DNA of 64,000 nt from Candidatus Zixiibacteriota bacterium (GCA_016235085.1 JACRMA010000043.1:7327-71326), one strand, 5' to 3'; positions 23,525-34,277 are shown, counted from the stretch's first letter. The notes: generated from the letters alone by a model not told the origin. Program-made: numbers and translations.

Positions 23525-23746
23525 TTAGAATTGGAGATCGGGCCAGCCGGAGACATCGGCCATCGCGGCGGCGCCTCGATAGCGGGCACAGTCGCGTCCG
23601 GCGGCACCGTAAAGCATTCTTGGCCGCTGGGCCTCGCGGTCGTCAGGTATGGATGTGGGCAGGGCCGGCCACACCGATTCAAGCGGCAGCAGCAGCACGC
23701 CCGCCGCGCAGGTCGTCAGAGTGAGGAATCGCCGCCGGTTCATCAT
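23525..23746 (-). CDS. Small (73 aa) predicted Tat-signal peptide or protein of unknown function, translationally coupled (ATGA overlap) to the upstream TldE-family gene.
   Basis: MMNRRRFLTLTTCAAGVLLLPL is a twin-arginine motif followed by a hydrophobic segment. It is the only support against the high-GC spurious-ORF background. Confidence 0.4.
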   Translation of the reverse strand: MMNRRRFLTLTTCAAGVLLLPLESVWPALPTSIPDDREAQRPRMLYGAAGRDCARYRGAAAMADVSGWPDLQF

Positions 23747-25086
23747 TCGGTATCCTCCACAAAGGTCATGCCGGCGATCTTCATCGCCGGGACATACATC
23801 GCGGCAGAGTACTGGGGATAGACCACCCGATCCTTCCCGATCTGGTCGGCCTTGGCAAAGGCCTCCAGAATCGTCGGCGTCGCCCGGAGATTGCGGACCG
23901 GTTTGGTGATGGCGCCGTTTTCAATCAGGAAGGTGCCGTCACGCGTGGATCCGGAAACCTGGGCCTTCATCGGGTTGAGGTAATTGATGTACCAGAAGTG
24001 GGTGATCAAAAGCCCCATCGAGGTGGATGCGATCATGTCATCGAGCGTCGCATCGCCGGGCGCCATGACCAGATTCTTGGGATAGGCACCCCGCGGATTG
24101 TCGGCGGGCAGCGCGTGCCCCGTCGATTCAACCCCGGCGAGCTTGGCCGATCGGGAATCATGGGCGACTCCCCGCGCGACACCGTTTTCGATCAACGCCA
24201 TTTTGCGCTTGGGTACGCCCTCATAGTCGAACGGCATGCCGGTGAATTCGGCCAGGAACGGATCATCATGGACCGTGATATTCGCGCCGGTGACGAGCTC
24301 GCCGATCTTGCCCGAGAAGATCCCGCGCCCTTCGGCAAACGATTTCCCCGAAAACGCGAGGAACCCGAGGAACAAGAGGAGCTGGCCGACCGCCGCTGGT
24401 TCCAGAATCACCGTGTATTCACCGGCGGGAAGCGTTTGGGGATTGCGCGAGCGGACCGCTTTGTCGATGGCAATCCGTCCCAGTTCCTTTGGGTCGAGTT
24501 GGTCGATCTTGTGGCTGACACCGGTCGACCACCCTTGCCCAAAAGTCGGATCATCGGAGGCCGACACGGATAACTCGGCGACGGTGTCTTGATGATATTG
24601 ACGCGTTCCGGCTGAATTGGCGATGGCAACACGGCTGGTTGTCAGGCGGAAGAGCCCGGAAGCCTGAACACCAGCCGGCTTGGCTTGATCCACAATGTGG
24701 GACACGGCTTGAGCACGGCGTTCCGGCGGACAACTGTCCATGGCCGGGTCGAACGCGTTGACCACCGGCGCTGTGTCGGATTTCACGAAGCCTGGAAACG
24801 CAGCGTCGGGCGCCAGGAAGGACGCGATCTCCAAGGCATCGGCGATGGCGCGGTCCAGGCCTGACACGGACAGATCATTCGTCGAGGAAACGGCAACGCG
24901 GCCGTCTTTCATCAACCGGACAATCACGCGCCCGTCGGATGAGAGCATGTTCTGATGGATGCCGTTTTCCGCAAACCGGGTCGTGGCATCACGAGTCCCG
25001 ACATACACCAGCTCGGTGGCATCGGCTGCCGACCGCTTGAGCGCGGCATCAAGGGATGATAAGATTTGGTCGCTTGGGTCGGGCAT
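23743..25086 (-). CDS. pmbA: TldE/PmbA-family metalloprotease component.
   Basis: 447 aa with PmbA_TldD family-like sequence; paired with the adjacent TldD-like gene, as is typical for TldD/TldE. Confidence 0.75.
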   Translation of the reverse strand: MPDPSDQILSSLDAALKRSAADATELVYVGTRDATTRFAENGIHQNMLSSDGRVIVRLMKDGRVAVSSTNDLSVSGLDRAIADALEIASFLAPDAAFPGFVKSDTAPVVNAFDPAMDSCPPERRAQAVSHIVDQAKPAGVQASGLFRLTTSRVAIANSAGTRQYHQDTVAELSVSASDDPTFGQGWSTGVSHKIDQLDPKELGRIAIDKAVRSRNPQTLPAGEYTVILEPAAVGQLLLFLGFLAFSGKSFAEGRGIFSGKIGELVTGANITVHDDPFLAEFTGMPFDYEGVPKRKMALIENGVARGVAHDSRSAKLAGVESTGHALPADNPRGAYPKNLVMAPGDATLDDMIASTSMGLLITHFWYINYLNPMKAQVSGSTRDGTFLIENGAITKPVRNLRATPTILEAFAKADQIGKDRVVYPQYSAAMYVPAMKIAGMTFVEDTE

Positions 25087-25099
25087 CGATATACCGTTG

Positions 25100-26560
25100 C
25101 TAGGCCGGCTGGCCGACTTTCACATTGCGAAAACGGGCGGGTGAGGCACCCTGGCCGGTGCGCATGTTCTGGCCGGGCTGACCCTTGCCGCACGAGGGTG
25201 TGCCCCAGATGCGATATTCCTCGGGACCGCAGATGCGGTCGCAGGAATTCCAGAAATCCACGGTTGAGCCGCTGTAGACAGCATTCTTGAAGATCTGGCC
25301 GCGTTTGCCGCCTTTGATTTCCCAGGCGATTTCGCCGCCAAGCTGGAAGTTCTCCCGGCGGTCGTCGATCGACCATTTGTCGGGCGTGGAGATCAGAACA
25401 CCATCCTCGGTGTCGGCGATGAGCTGCTCTAACGTGCCGCTTCCCGGCGTGAGATTGATATTGGTCATGCGCACCAGCGGCAGGTCGGTCCACGATTCGG
25501 CGCGCATCGCGCCGGTGGAGTCCTTGTTCACGCGGGCGGCGGTTTCGCGCGACGACAGGTAGTTGACCAGCAGCCCCTTGTCGATCAGAGTCGCAGCATG
25601 GGCCAGCACACCTTCATCATCAAAACCGAATGAACCGAGGCCACCGGGGGCGGTTGGGTCGGATTTGATGGTCACGATCGACGAGGCATACTTCAAGTTG
25701 CCGAGCTTCTCGGGAGTCGCGAAGCTGGTACCGGAGAAATTGCGTTCCGAACCAAAAACGCGGTCGAGTTCCAACGGGTGTCCGACCGACTCATGAAGCT
25801 GGAGGGAAACCAAATCTCCCGCCAGAATGAGATTGGTCCGCCGTTCGGTCAGACTCGGGGCATCCAGCAATGCCAGCGCCTGCTGTGCGATCTCCGGGCA
25901 GGCCGACTCCATTCCCAGCGCGGTGATGATCTCGTACCCGCCGGAGGCGTATTGGCCACCCGAAGTCGGGTACGACCGCTCCCCCACCTCACGCCGGCTG
26001 CGCTTCGCAGCCGCCGTGAATCCGCCACCCGAATGGACAATGTTCTGCGTGACAACCGACCCCGCCGAAGAGTAAAACCACTTCTCCTCGCGGCGGAAAT
26101 CGAGAAATGTTCCGGTGCTGTTGATCCCCTGAGTGGCCTTCAATAACTCGTCGAGGTGCTGGAGATACTGGACTTTTTCTTTTAGGGCCAGGGAGAACGG
26201 ATCGGTTTTGAGCGGTGTCTTGTAATCGCCGTGCACTGGCGACAAAGGAGCGAGTTGTGCCGGACGGGGTGCGAGCTGCGCCGAGGAGCGGGCGATTTGC
26301 ACCGCTTCCCGCAGGCTGTCCGATACGGAAGCTTTGGTGAGATCGGGCGTGGCCGCAAATCCCCAGGCGCCATCGGCCAGAGCACGGATGCCATAGCCAA
26401 AGGTCACTTTGCGATTGATGAGATCGGGCTTGCCATCCGAGAGACGGACCGCCTCGGCCGTGATGGCCACCGCCCGGAAGTCGGCATACGTGGCACCGGC
26501 CTTGCCCGCCTGCGCCGCTACATAGGATCCCGCTTCTTCGATGGCTTTGATATCGGTCAT
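25100..26560 (-). CDS. tldD: TldD-family metalloprotease.
   Basis: Family-level similarity across the ORF, including the conserved C-terminal HExxxGH-like region. The probable start is the internal ATG at 26560 (MTDIKAIEEAG...); the ORF extends upstream to 26761. Confidence 0.75.
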   Translation of the reverse strand: MTDIKAIEEAGSYVAAQAGKAGATYADFRAVAITAEAVRLSDGKPDLINRKVTFGYGIRALADGAWGFAATPDLTKASVSDSLREAVQIARSSAQLAPRPAQLAPLSPVHGDYKTPLKTDPFSLALKEKVQYLQHLDELLKATQGINSTGTFLDFRREEKWFYSSAGSVVTQNIVHSGGGFTAAAKRSRREVGERSYPTSGGQYASGGYEIITALGMESACPEIAQQALALLDAPSLTERRTNLILAGDLVSLQLHESVGHPLELDRVFGSERNFSGTSFATPEKLGNLKYASSIVTIKSDPTAPGGLGSFGFDDEGVLAHAATLIDKGLLVNYLSSRETAARVNKDSTGAMRAESWTDLPLVRMTNINLTPGSGTLEQLIADTEDGVLISTPDKWSIDDRRENFQLGGEIAWEIKGGKRGQIFKNAVYSGSTVDFWNSCDRICGPEEYRIWGTPSCGKGQPGQNMRTGQGASPARFRNVKVGQPA

Positions 26561-26913
26561 CGGGTCGTCTCGAAGTGGCAATTTGACGGAGAGAGGGGTT
26601 TGGGGCAATGGTTTTCTTGGGCATGCCGGACCCATGGCTGGCGGGCGTGTTGAAGAGCCTAGTTCACCAGCGGGGTGCCACGGACAAGCAGATTCTCCGG
26701 GTCTTTGGAGAATCTGCTTGTCCGTGTCTTCTTCTCGCAAACAGTAGAAAGACACGGACAAGGAAGACCGAGCAGAAAAGCCGCTCGGTCTTCCTTGTCC
26801 GTGGCACCCGAATTATCAGGCTTCGGCTTGATTGATCTGGGCTTTTCAACACGCCCTGGCGCCCTGGCGCCATGGGCTAACTTCCGTCGCCCCTCCGGGG
26901 CTGGGGTATCGTG

Positions 26914-28017
26914 TTATGCCTGTGGCGTGGTTAGGGCTTCAGCGCCGGCTTGGATGCGGCGGCGGCGGTCATCTTCGAGCAAGGCTTCGACAAGATCGCC
27001 GAGATCACCGTCGATGATCTGATCGAGCGATTGAAGCGTCAGCCCGATGCGGTGATCGGTGACCCGGTTTTGCGGAAAGTTGTAGGTGCGAATCTTGGCG
27101 GAGCGGTCGCCGGTGGAAACCATCGATTTGCGCTCGGCAGCGAGCTTGGCATTGCGGTCGGCCTCGGCGGCCGCGTAGAGACGGGCACGCAGAACCTTCA
27201 GGGCTTTGTTTTTGTTCTTAAGCTGCGATTTCTCGTCCTGGCAGGTCACCACGGTGTTGGTCGGAAGGTGCGTGATGCGCACAGCCGAATCAGTGGTATT
27301 GACCGACTGCCCTCCCGGTCCTGACGAGCGGTAGACATCGATTTTGAGCTCGTTGGGATTGATGTCGATTTCAACCGGATCGGCCTCGGGTAGGATCGCG
27401 ACGGATGCGGCCGAAGTGTGAATTCGACCGGAGGCCTCGGTGGCCGGCACGCGCTGGACGCGGTGGACGCCCGATTCGAATTTGAGCGTGCCGTAAGCGT
27501 GGGTGCCTTCGACCGAGAAGCTCGCTTCTTTGAAGCCGCCGACGCCGGTGGCGTTGGAGCCGAGCATTTCGACTTTCCAGCCACGCTTTTCGGCATAGCG
27601 GATGTACATGCGCATCAGGTCGGCGGCAAACAATGCCGCCTCTTCCCCGCCGGTGCCGGCACGGATTTCGACAATCGCCGCCCTGTCATCATTAGGATCG
27701 GCCGGGGTCATCAGCTCGCGGATTCGGTCTTCGAGCGTCGTCTTTTCGATTTCGAGACGGGCCCGATCCTCCTGCGCCAGGTCGACGAACTCCTCATCCT
27801 CGCCCTGATCGATGATTGCAATCGCTTCGTCAATCTGGGTCAGGGTCGTGCGATAACGCTCGGAAACTTCGAGGATGTCGGCCAGGCGATGATGCTCGCG
27901 TCCCAATTCCCGCATCCGGGCGGCGTCCTTGACCACGGCCGGATCGGCCATCTGGGTTTCAATGTCGGCCTGGCGGCGGGCAATGTCGTCCAAAATTCCG
28001 AGTAAGGGCAGCGTCAT
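26914..28017 (-). CDS. prfA: Peptide chain release factor 1.
   Basis: GGQ motif ([23 protein letters not shown]) and RF-1 family sequence throughout. Likely start [11 protein letters not shown] at 28017. Confidence 0.9.
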   Translation of the reverse strand: MTLPLLGILDDIARRQADIETQMADPAVVKDAARMRELGREHHRLADILEVSERYRTTLTQIDEAIAIIDQGEDEEFVDLAQEDRARLEIEKTTLEDRIRELMTPADPNDDRAAIVEIRAGTGGEEAALFAADLMRMYIRYAEKRGWKVEMLGSNATGVGGFKEASFSVEGTHAYGTLKFESGVHRVQRVPATEASGRIHTSAASVAILPEADPVEIDINPNELKIDVYRSSGPGGQSVNTTDSAVRITHLPTNTVVTCQDEKSQLKNKNKALKVLRARLYAAAEADRNAKLAAERKSMVSTGDRSAKIRTYNFPQNRVTDHRIGLTLQSLDQIIDGDLGDLVEALLEDDRRRRIQAGAEALTTPQA

Positions 28018-28024
28018 GGCCGGC

Positions 28025-28996
28025 TCAATTCTCCACCGATACGCTCTCGGGAAGAGGCATTCCCACAGAGGACCAGATCGCGATGCGGGCAACCTCGAGT
28101 TGGTCGGTATCCGGTGTCCGTGTCGTGATGTGCTGAATCCACAATCCCGGCGCGGCGAGGATCCGCCACCAGATACGGTCCACGTGGCGGGCAGAGGCCT
28201 TCAGCAATTCGAAAGATGAACCCGCAACAAATGGCAGCAAGAGAAAATGGACCAGAAACCGGTTGAGCAGCGGCGGGGGACTTCCAGAGATCACCTGATA
28301 GAGCGAATCGGAGATCGAGTAGACCAGGATCGCCGACAGGGCAACGATGAACAGAAAGCTGGTGCCGCAACGTGGATGAAAGGTCTCATACTTGCGAACG
28401 TTTTCGAGCGTCAGTTCCTCGCCATTCTCATAGGCGAAAATCGACATGTGCTCGGCGCCGTGGTATTCGAAGAGACGACGGAAATCGCGGAAGAAGCTGA
28501 GAGCCCAGACATAGCCCACGAACATGGTCATGCGGATCAGCCCGGCCATGAGATTGAATCCAATTGCCCCCTTCTGGAATCCGAGGACACGGACGATCCA
28601 GAGCGGGATAAAGAGAAAGAAGAAGATACCGACGGTCAGACCCACAACGGTGGTCAGAATCAGCGCGGGAGTCATCCCCGGCTTCTTGGCGTCCGCTTCT
28701 GCACCCGGGGCCGTTGGTCCCTGGTCCTTGGTCACATCGCCCTTGTCCTCACGCGTGGCCACTTCGGCGGAGAAATTGAGCGAGGAGATGCCGAGGATCA
28801 GCATTTCGAAAAACGAGATGGCGCCGCGGACAACCGGGATATTGAGCCAGCGCTTGCGTTTGGTCAGCGAGCGGTAGTCATGCCAGTGCACCACGATACG
28901 ACCCTTTTGATCACGCACCGCGGTGGCGATGCGCTCGGGGGACCGGATCATGACGCCTTCAATGACGGCCTGGCCGCCGACTTTGGTTTCAGACAT
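28025..28996 (-). CDS. DUF1385-family membrane protein.
   Basis: N-terminal [14 protein letters not shown] signature, several predicted TM helices, and the common prfA-adjacent placement of this family. Confidence 0.65.
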   Translation of the reverse strand: MSETKVGGQAVIEGVMIRSPERIATAVRDQKGRIVVHWHDYRSLTKRKRWLNIPVVRGAISFFEMLILGISSLNFSAEVATREDKGDVTKDQGPTAPGAEADAKKPGMTPALILTTVVGLTVGIFFFLFIPLWIVRVLGFQKGAIGFNLMAGLIRMTMFVGYVWALSFFRDFRRLFEYHGAEHMSIFAYENGEELTLENVRKYETFHPRCGTSFLFIVALSAILVYSISDSLYQVISGSPPPLLNRFLVHFLLLPFVAGSSFELLKASARHVDRIWWRILAAPGLWIQHITTRTPDTDQLEVARIAIWSSVGMPLPESVSVEN

Positions 28997-29029
28997 GGTA
29001 GTGGCTAATCTCCCGGTATTGTGGCGGTG

Positions 29030-29155
29030 TGCAAGGGGCTAAAAGCCTCTTGTCCGCGAGTGTGTCGTTTGCGCCGTTCGCAAGGGGCTAAAAGCCCCTT
29101 GTCCGCAATGGGTGCGCCATTCGTCGAGGACAACGGGCTTTCAGCCCCTTGCCGC
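29030..29155. repeat. Three tandem family B GC-hairpin elements (CAAGGGGCTAAAAGCCCCTTGTCCGC-type) downstream of rpmE; related copies at 32236–32262 and hairpins at 29263–29280 and 37228–37246.
   Basis: The same 8-bp stem / 5-nt loop hairpin plus the TGTCCGCAAT tail recurs. Confidence 0.7.
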
Positions 29156-29285
29156 TCGCGGCGCAATCTGCGTTGTCCTTCCGTTCCGGCAACCAACCCG
29201 CAACTCCTCAACTCCCGACAATACAAACGCGACGGGATGCTTGCGCACCCGTCGCGTGAACGCCCCTTGCGGGGCTGATGAATCG

Positions 29286-29534
29286 CTATGACTTCTGGCC
29301 GGCCTTCTCAGGAGCGGCGGCAGCCGGAGTCGCCTGAGTCATGCCGTATTTCTTCAGGAACTTCTCAACTCGTCCCGCCGTGTCGATGAGCTTCTGCTTG
29401 CCGGTAAAGAACGGGTGGCAGGCGGAGCAGATTTCGACGTGGAGGTCCTTCACGGTCGACCGGGTCGGAATCTCATTCCCGCAGGCGCAGTGGATCTTGG
29501 TGTCATAGTACTTCGGGTGGATTTCTGCCTTCAT
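29286..29534 (-). CDS. rpmE: 50S ribosomal protein L31.
   Basis: [27 protein letters not shown]...[13 protein letters not shown] with Cys motifs diagnostic of L31. GGAG lies upstream. The ORF track extends 5' to 29765, but the conserved start is MKAEIHP. Confidence 0.85.
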   Translation of the reverse strand: MKAEIHPKYYDTKIHCACGNEIPTRSTVKDLHVEICSACHPFFTGKQKLIDTAGRVEKFLKKYGMTQATPAAAAPEKAGQKS

Positions 29535-29656
29535 TGTCATCACTCCAATCAGTCTCCCTGCCTTTTGGGAGACGGATATATTACGCAGAATTTCCGGAAA
29601 TGACAACTGAAAATGTAGCCGAGACGTTAGCCGGTCGTTTCCCAGGCACTTGATGG

Positions 29657-31612
29657 TCAGGTGCCTGGGAGTTGCTTCTTCACCACATTCTCGGCCCCAC
29701 CGGCCACTACAAGTTCCTGTGCGACAGTGCTTAAAGGCGAAAACGGGAAATCGCGTCCGTCGCACTTGATCATCGACTTCTGGTAGTCCACATCGAGTGT
29801 CGGGCCGACGATGGTCGGGGCCTTGTCGTCACGGAACGTCTCGCGCAGGAAATCGACGAGAGTCGGGCACTCAAATACCACAAAGCCATTGTTGAAGGCG
29901 TTGCGCTTGTAAGTCTCGTTGAACGATGCGGCAATGACACACTGAATGCCGCGATAGTCGAGGGCAGTCGCGGCCTGTTCGCGCGAGGAACCCGTGCCAA
30001 AGTTGCGACCGGCGACAATGATGTCGCCCTTGACGGCGATAGCCTGGAAATTCGGGTCGTAGTTGAGCATGCAGGCGGCGGCCATCTCGTCACGTGTGAG
30101 ATTGTCTTTATAGGTAAAGGCGCCACCGTAGATGCCATCGGTATTGAGGTTGTCGACCGGCAGCCAGAGAGCACGGCCGTGAATGGCGGCCGGGAAACCG
30201 GCGACAATCTCGACCGGTTTCGCGGGACGCGGCGGGGCCGTATGCACGACCGCAGTGGATTGGCCGGTGATGTTCTCGAACCGTGTGGGCGATGCAATGT
30301 AACCGGCGATAGCCGAGGCGGCCACGACCGCGGGGCTGCCCAGATAGACCTGCGCATCGCGATGACCCATGCGTCCCTTGAAATTGCGGTTGGTGGCGCT
30401 TATGCCGACCTCGCCGGCGTCGAGCGTCCCCTCCCCCAACCCGATGCACGGTCCACAGCCGGATGGCAGCATGATGGCGCCGGCAGCCGAGAGCGACTGC
30501 CAATGGCCGGCCTCTTCCGCCTGCTTCTGGATATTCGCCGACGCGGCGGCGACATAGAATTTTACACCCTCGGCGACCTTCTTCCCTTTGACGATCTGCG
30601 CGGCTTCGGCCAGGTCCTCGAAGCGGGCGTTCACACAACTCAGCAGGTAGGCTTTGTGGATCTGAACCTTCTTCGCTTCGATCTCGGGAAGGGCAACCAT
30701 GGTCTTGACGTGATTCGGTCCGGAGACATGGGGGATCACGGTAGACAAATCCAGCGTCAGATCGATGGCATAGTGAGCGTCGGAATCCGCCATCGTCCGA
30801 TGCGTGTACCACTCATCAACTTTGGCCCGATTGTAGCGCGGTGTTCCACGTGACACAAGGAAATCTGCCCGCCCGTAAAGATAGTCGCGCAAGACAGTGT
30901 CGAACGGGAAGATGCCGGCGAGCGCGCCCCACTCGGTCGTCATGTTGGCAATGCTCATGCGCTGGTCCATCGACATGCCGGCGATTCCATCGCCGTTGAA
31001 CTCGATGGCCATGTTGAGTACTTCATCATGATTGAATAGACCGCAGAGTGCGATGATCACATCCTTGCCGACCACGCCGGGGCGCAATTCTCCGGACAGC
31101 GTCACACGCGCGACCGGCGGCACTTGCCACCAGGTCTGCCCGGTCGCCCAGATTGCGGCGGCGTCGGTGCGCACAACCGGAGTGCCGAGAGCGGCGGCGG
31201 CGCCATAGAGATTGGAATGAGAGTCGCTGCCGACTACCATGCTGCCCGGCGTCACGTAACCATACTCGACCATCACCTGATGGCTGATCCCGGTTCCGGC
31301 CGGGTAGAAATCGATGCCGTGCTGTTTGGCGAAGGCCTCGATCTTGGCGTACTTCGCCAGATTATCGGGTGTGGTGTTTTGGATGTCGTGGTCGATCGCA
31401 AACACCGGTTGGCGGGGGTCGGCAACCCTGGCAGCGCCAATCGACTTGAACTTGCTCATCACCGCGCTGGTGTTGTCGTGGGTCATGATGTGTTTGGGGC
31501 GGATACGAATAAAGTCTCCGGATACGACCTTCTCCCCTGGCTTCAGTCCCACAGCGTGGGCGGTCGCGAGCTTTTCGACTACTGTTTGACCCATGTCAAT
31601 ACCCCGTTCCAC
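29657..31612 (-). CDS. Aconitase-family hydro-lyase, fused large plus small subunit (LeuC/LeuD-type; 3-isopropylmalate/homoaconitate/aconitate hydratase).
   Basis: [15 protein letters not shown]...[11 protein letters not shown]...large-subunit region and a C-terminal LeuD-like swivel domain ([15 protein letters not shown]). Possible alternative start at ATG 31594. Confidence 0.8.
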   Translation of the reverse strand: MERGIDMGQTVVEKLATAHAVGLKPGEKVVSGDFIRIRPKHIMTHDNTSAVMSKFKSIGAARVADPRQPVFAIDHDIQNTTPDNLAKYAKIEAFAKQHGIDFYPAGTGISHQVMVEYGYVTPGSMVVGSDSHSNLYGAAAALGTPVVRTDAAAIWATGQTWWQVPPVARVTLSGELRPGVVGKDVIIALCGLFNHDEVLNMAIEFNGDGIAGMSMDQRMSIANMTTEWGALAGIFPFDTVLRDYLYGRADFLVSRGTPRYNRAKVDEWYTHRTMADSDAHYAIDLTLDLSTVIPHVSGPNHVKTMVALPEIEAKKVQIHKAYLLSCVNARFEDLAEAAQIVKGKKVAEGVKFYVAAASANIQKQAEEAGHWQSLSAAGAIMLPSGCGPCIGLGEGTLDAGEVGISATNRNFKGRMGHRDAQVYLGSPAVVAASAIAGYIASPTRFENITGQSTAVVHTAPPRPAKPVEIVAGFPAAIHGRALWLPVDNLNTDGIYGGAFTYKDNLTRDEMAAACMLNYDPNFQAIAVKGDIIVAGRNFGTGSSREQAATALDYRGIQCVIAASFNETYKRNAFNNGFVVFECPTLVDFLRETFRDDKAPTIVGPTLDVDYQKSMIKCDGRDFPFSPLSTVAQELVVAGGAENVVKKQLPGT

Positions 31613-31619
31613 AATGAAT

Positions 31620-31645
31620 GGTGGGCAGAGCCCACCCTACATTCG
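31620..31645. repeat. Family C hairpin element GGTGGGCAGAGCCCACCCTAC; an identical copy at 33271–33291. Both lie just 5' of gene starts (aconitase gene; ccl).
   Basis: Identical 21-mer at two loci, each immediately upstream of a start codon on the minus strand. Confidence 0.7.
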
Positions 31646-31646
31646 A

Positions 31647-32180
31647 TCAACCGCCAACGAGTTCGAAGTCGATGAAATCAGCGTGGTGGAGGACGATTCC
31701 CTCCGGTGTACGCTTGCCGCCGGCGGCTTCTTTGGAGTGCATCGCCACCACGTGAATCACGGATTCGGGAAGCCCCTGCTCCCAACAGAGTCCTACACCG
31801 CTGAACGGATGGCGGAGCAGACGGCCGTGCTCACTCTTGACGAATTGGCCGTCTTTCTTGGTAAACTCCAGCACTTTGCCGACGTCGGCGAGCATTGCGC
31901 CCGCAACCAGGATATCGCGGTCGACCACGTTGCGGTCACCGTAGGCCTTCTGCAACACATCCCAGCAGGCGATGCACATTTTGCACACGGTGCGCACGTG
32001 TTCCACGAAGGTCACGTTGACATTGGAAACCAGCAGCGTAAACGGCATGGTGCGCAGGTCGTCGTAGGATAGTGTGCTGCGCTTCATTGCGGCGGTCCAG
32101 GTCGCGGCGGTCTTGCTGCGCAGGGTCGCGTCCTTGATTTCGTTGATCTCGGGAAAGATGGAGAGGATTTCGTCGGGCAT
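31647..32180 (-). CDS. HD-domain-like protein; the canonical HD dyad appears degenerate (LADVGK instead of LHDIGK).
   Basis: Pattern H..R...(x)...ADVGK...H...H resembles HD/HDOD phosphohydrolase folds. The match is weak. Confidence 0.35.
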   Translation of the reverse strand: MPDEILSIFPEINEIKDATLRSKTAATWTAAMKRSTLSYDDLRTMPFTLLVSNVNVTFVEHVRTVCKMCIACWDVLQKAYGDRNVVDRDILVAGAMLADVGKVLEFTKKDGQFVKSEHGRLLRHPFSGVGLCWEQGLPESVIHVVAMHSKEAAGGKRTPEGIVLHHADFIDFELVGG

Positions 32181-32365
32181 GGGATTTTCCTCGCTATGGT
32201 CTACAATTGTCGCGAAGGATCACTCGGTTTGGGGTGACGTCAAGGGGCTGAAAGCCCCTTGTCCGCAATCGTGGCTATCAGCGCGATATGGGTACCTCAA
32301 TCGCCGCTCTGCTATTTACGGACTTTGTGGTCAATACTCTGCACCGTTGCCATTGAGCATGCCGC

Positions 32366-32432
32366 GAGGGCGAGGCCCCTGCCGAGCCTCTTTCCGCGCG
32401 GAAACATGGCTCGGCAGGAGCCTCGCCCTCCC
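32366..32432. repeat. Palindromic REP/MITE-like element, family A (GAGGGCGAGGCCCCTGCCGAGCC...GGCTCGGCAGGAGCCTCGCCCTCCC); copy 1 of 4.
   Basis: A near-perfect long inverted repeat read directly; related copies lie at 37795–37880, 43031–43102 and 45903–45938. Confidence 0.8.
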
Positions 32433-32468
32433 AGCCCGCGCCACCTGTCGGATTGTGGACACTCAGTA

Positions 32469-33248
32469 TCATTTAAGGTGGCGGATGGCTGGACCGTCGT
32501 AGGTCGTATCAGTCGGGTGAATCTGGCGCATTGGTTTTTGACGGGTTCGCTCTTCATGGGCATGCGCCACCAAACCGGGCAGACGCGCAATCATGAAGAA
32601 CGCATTCGCCAGGGCGGGCGGCACGTTCAGGTCGAGCAATACCGCTGCAATCGCACCGTCGACATTGAGGGGCAGCGGCTTTCCGGTCACCTTGGCAATG
32701 GTCGTCTCGAGCGCCCGCGCCATCGCCAGTCCGTCTTTCGCCTTGCCAAGGTCGTCGACCAGTTGCAGCAAGCGCGTCGTTCGGGGGTCTTTGGTGTGCA
32801 GGCGATGGCCAAACCCTGGCAAGCGCGCTCCGCGTGCCTTGTAGCTATCAAATGTGGCGAGGGCGGCATCTTCGAACGACAGGCCCTTGCTCTTTGCCGC
32901 AGCCACCGCTTCACTGATTGCCTTCATCGAATCTTCGATGGCGCCGCCGTGGAATTTGGAAATCGAGAGAATGCCGGCGGCAACCGCCGCACCGAGCGGC
33001 GCACCGGTCGAGGCGACGGTGACGGTTGAGAGGACAGATGGCGGCGAGGTGCCATGGTCCACCGATGAGACAAAGATCGCGTTGAGGATGGTGGCGGTCG
33101 CGGGATCAGGAAGTTCGCCAAGGAGGGCCAGATGGATGGCTTCGGCGAAGCTGATCTTGCCCATCAACTCTTCGACCGGGTATCCGCGGAGGCGGATGAC
33201 ATTGGGGCCGATCTCGGTAATTGCGGATGACCAGTTCATGTCGCCCAT
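32469..33248 (-). CDS. ccl: Short citrate-synthase-like protein, candidate citryl-CoA lyase.
   Basis: 259 aa carrying the citrate-synthase family motif GFGHRLHTKDPR and resembling the C-terminal citrate-synthase-like domain of ATP-citrate lyase. It lies immediately downstream of a succinyl-CoA-synthetase-like pair. AGGAG lies 6 nt upstream. Confidence 0.65.
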   Translation of the reverse strand: MGDMNWSSAITEIGPNVIRLRGYPVEELMGKISFAEAIHLALLGELPDPATATILNAIFVSSVDHGTSPPSVLSTVTVASTGAPLGAAVAAGILSISKFHGGAIEDSMKAISEAVAAAKSKGLSFEDAALATFDSYKARGARLPGFGHRLHTKDPRTTRLLQLVDDLGKAKDGLAMARALETTIAKVTGKPLPLNVDGAIAAVLLDLNVPPALANAFFMIARLPGLVAHAHEERTRQKPMRQIHPTDTTYDGPAIRHLK

Positions 33249-33286
33249 GATTGCTCCTGACGTACAAAAGGTGGGCAGAGCCCACC

Positions 33287-34213
33287 CTACTCGATTATGG
33301 GAATCTTCGCGGTCTCCATCGGCCGGATGATCGTCTTCACCGCGTCCGGGATATCGCCGAAGTTGTCGACGACCGTAGCACCGACTTCACGCAGACGCTT
33401 GACCTTGCCGTCGTGCGTGCCCCGGTCGCCTTCAATGATGGCACCGGCGTGGGAGAAGCGCGTTCCCGACTGCGCCCCTTTGCCGCCGATATACGCGACC
33501 AGTGGTTTGGTGAATTTGCCTGATGCGATGAGGTCGGCAACGCGTTCTTCCTGTGAGGTGCCGATTTCGCCAAACATCACGACGCAATCGGTATCGGGGT
33601 CCGATTCGAACAACTCCATGACCGCCGGATGATCGGTACCGATGATCCCATCGCCGCCGACATGGATGATGGTTGATAGCCCGATTCCGGCGCGCGAGAG
33701 GTAATACGCAATTGATGATGTGATACCACCGGAACGAGAGGTCACGCCCACGCGCCCGGGAAGGAACCAATCCTTTGCCGAAGAGGCCGATCCGCCGATC
33801 ATGCCGAATACCGCCCGGCCGGGTGACAGGAGTCCCAGCGTATTGGGACCGATGAAACGGGCACCGGCATCCTTGGCGGCAGCGGCGATCTCTAGAACAT
33901 CATAAATTGGGACACGGTCGGGCACGATTACGAGGAGTTTGATCCCCGCTGCGATGGCTTCGAGAGCCGCGTTCTTCACCAGCGGCGCGGGGACGAAGAT
34001 CGTGGAGACATCGATGGAACCCATCTTCTCGACAGCTTCCATGACGGTATCGAAGACCGGCACACCCAGGACATCCTGTCCCCCTTTGGCGGGTGTGCAG
34101 CCGGCGACAACCCGGGTGCCGTAGCGCTGCATGAGCTGGGTGCGCGCCATCCCCTCGCGGCCGGTGATGCCCTGCACAATGACTGTCTTGGTTTCGTCGA
34201 CGAGGATGCTCAT
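33287..34213 (-). CDS. ccsB: Succinyl-CoA synthetase alpha-like CoA-binding subunit (candidate citryl-CoA synthetase small subunit).
   Basis: VIVQGITGREG...TPAKGG...phosphohistidine loop RFSHAGAIIEG. Confidence 0.75.
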   Translation of the reverse strand: MSILVDETKTVIVQGITGREGMARTQLMQRYGTRVVAGCTPAKGGQDVLGVPVFDTVMEAVEKMGSIDVSTIFVPAPLVKNAALEAIAAGIKLLVIVPDRVPIYDVLEIAAAAKDAGARFIGPNTLGLLSPGRAVFGMIGGSASSAKDWFLPGRVGVTSRSGGITSSIAYYLSRAGIGLSTIIHVGGDGIIGTDHPAVMELFESDPDTDCVVMFGEIGTSQEERVADLIASGKFTKPLVAYIGGKGAQSGTRFSHAGAIIEGDRGTHDGKVKRLREVGATVVDNFGDIPDAVKTIIRPMETAKIPIIE

Positions 34214-34277
34214 ATGTTACCGTTGCGTGCATTCGGAGCCGGGCGCCCACATAGGGGCGCCCCTACGGAATCTGCGA

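Noticed and set aside
29770-30853. Multiple 190–230-aa ORFs on both strands inside the aconitase-family gene
   Set aside because: Overlap a strongly supported CDS; Arg/Pro-rich; no motifs.
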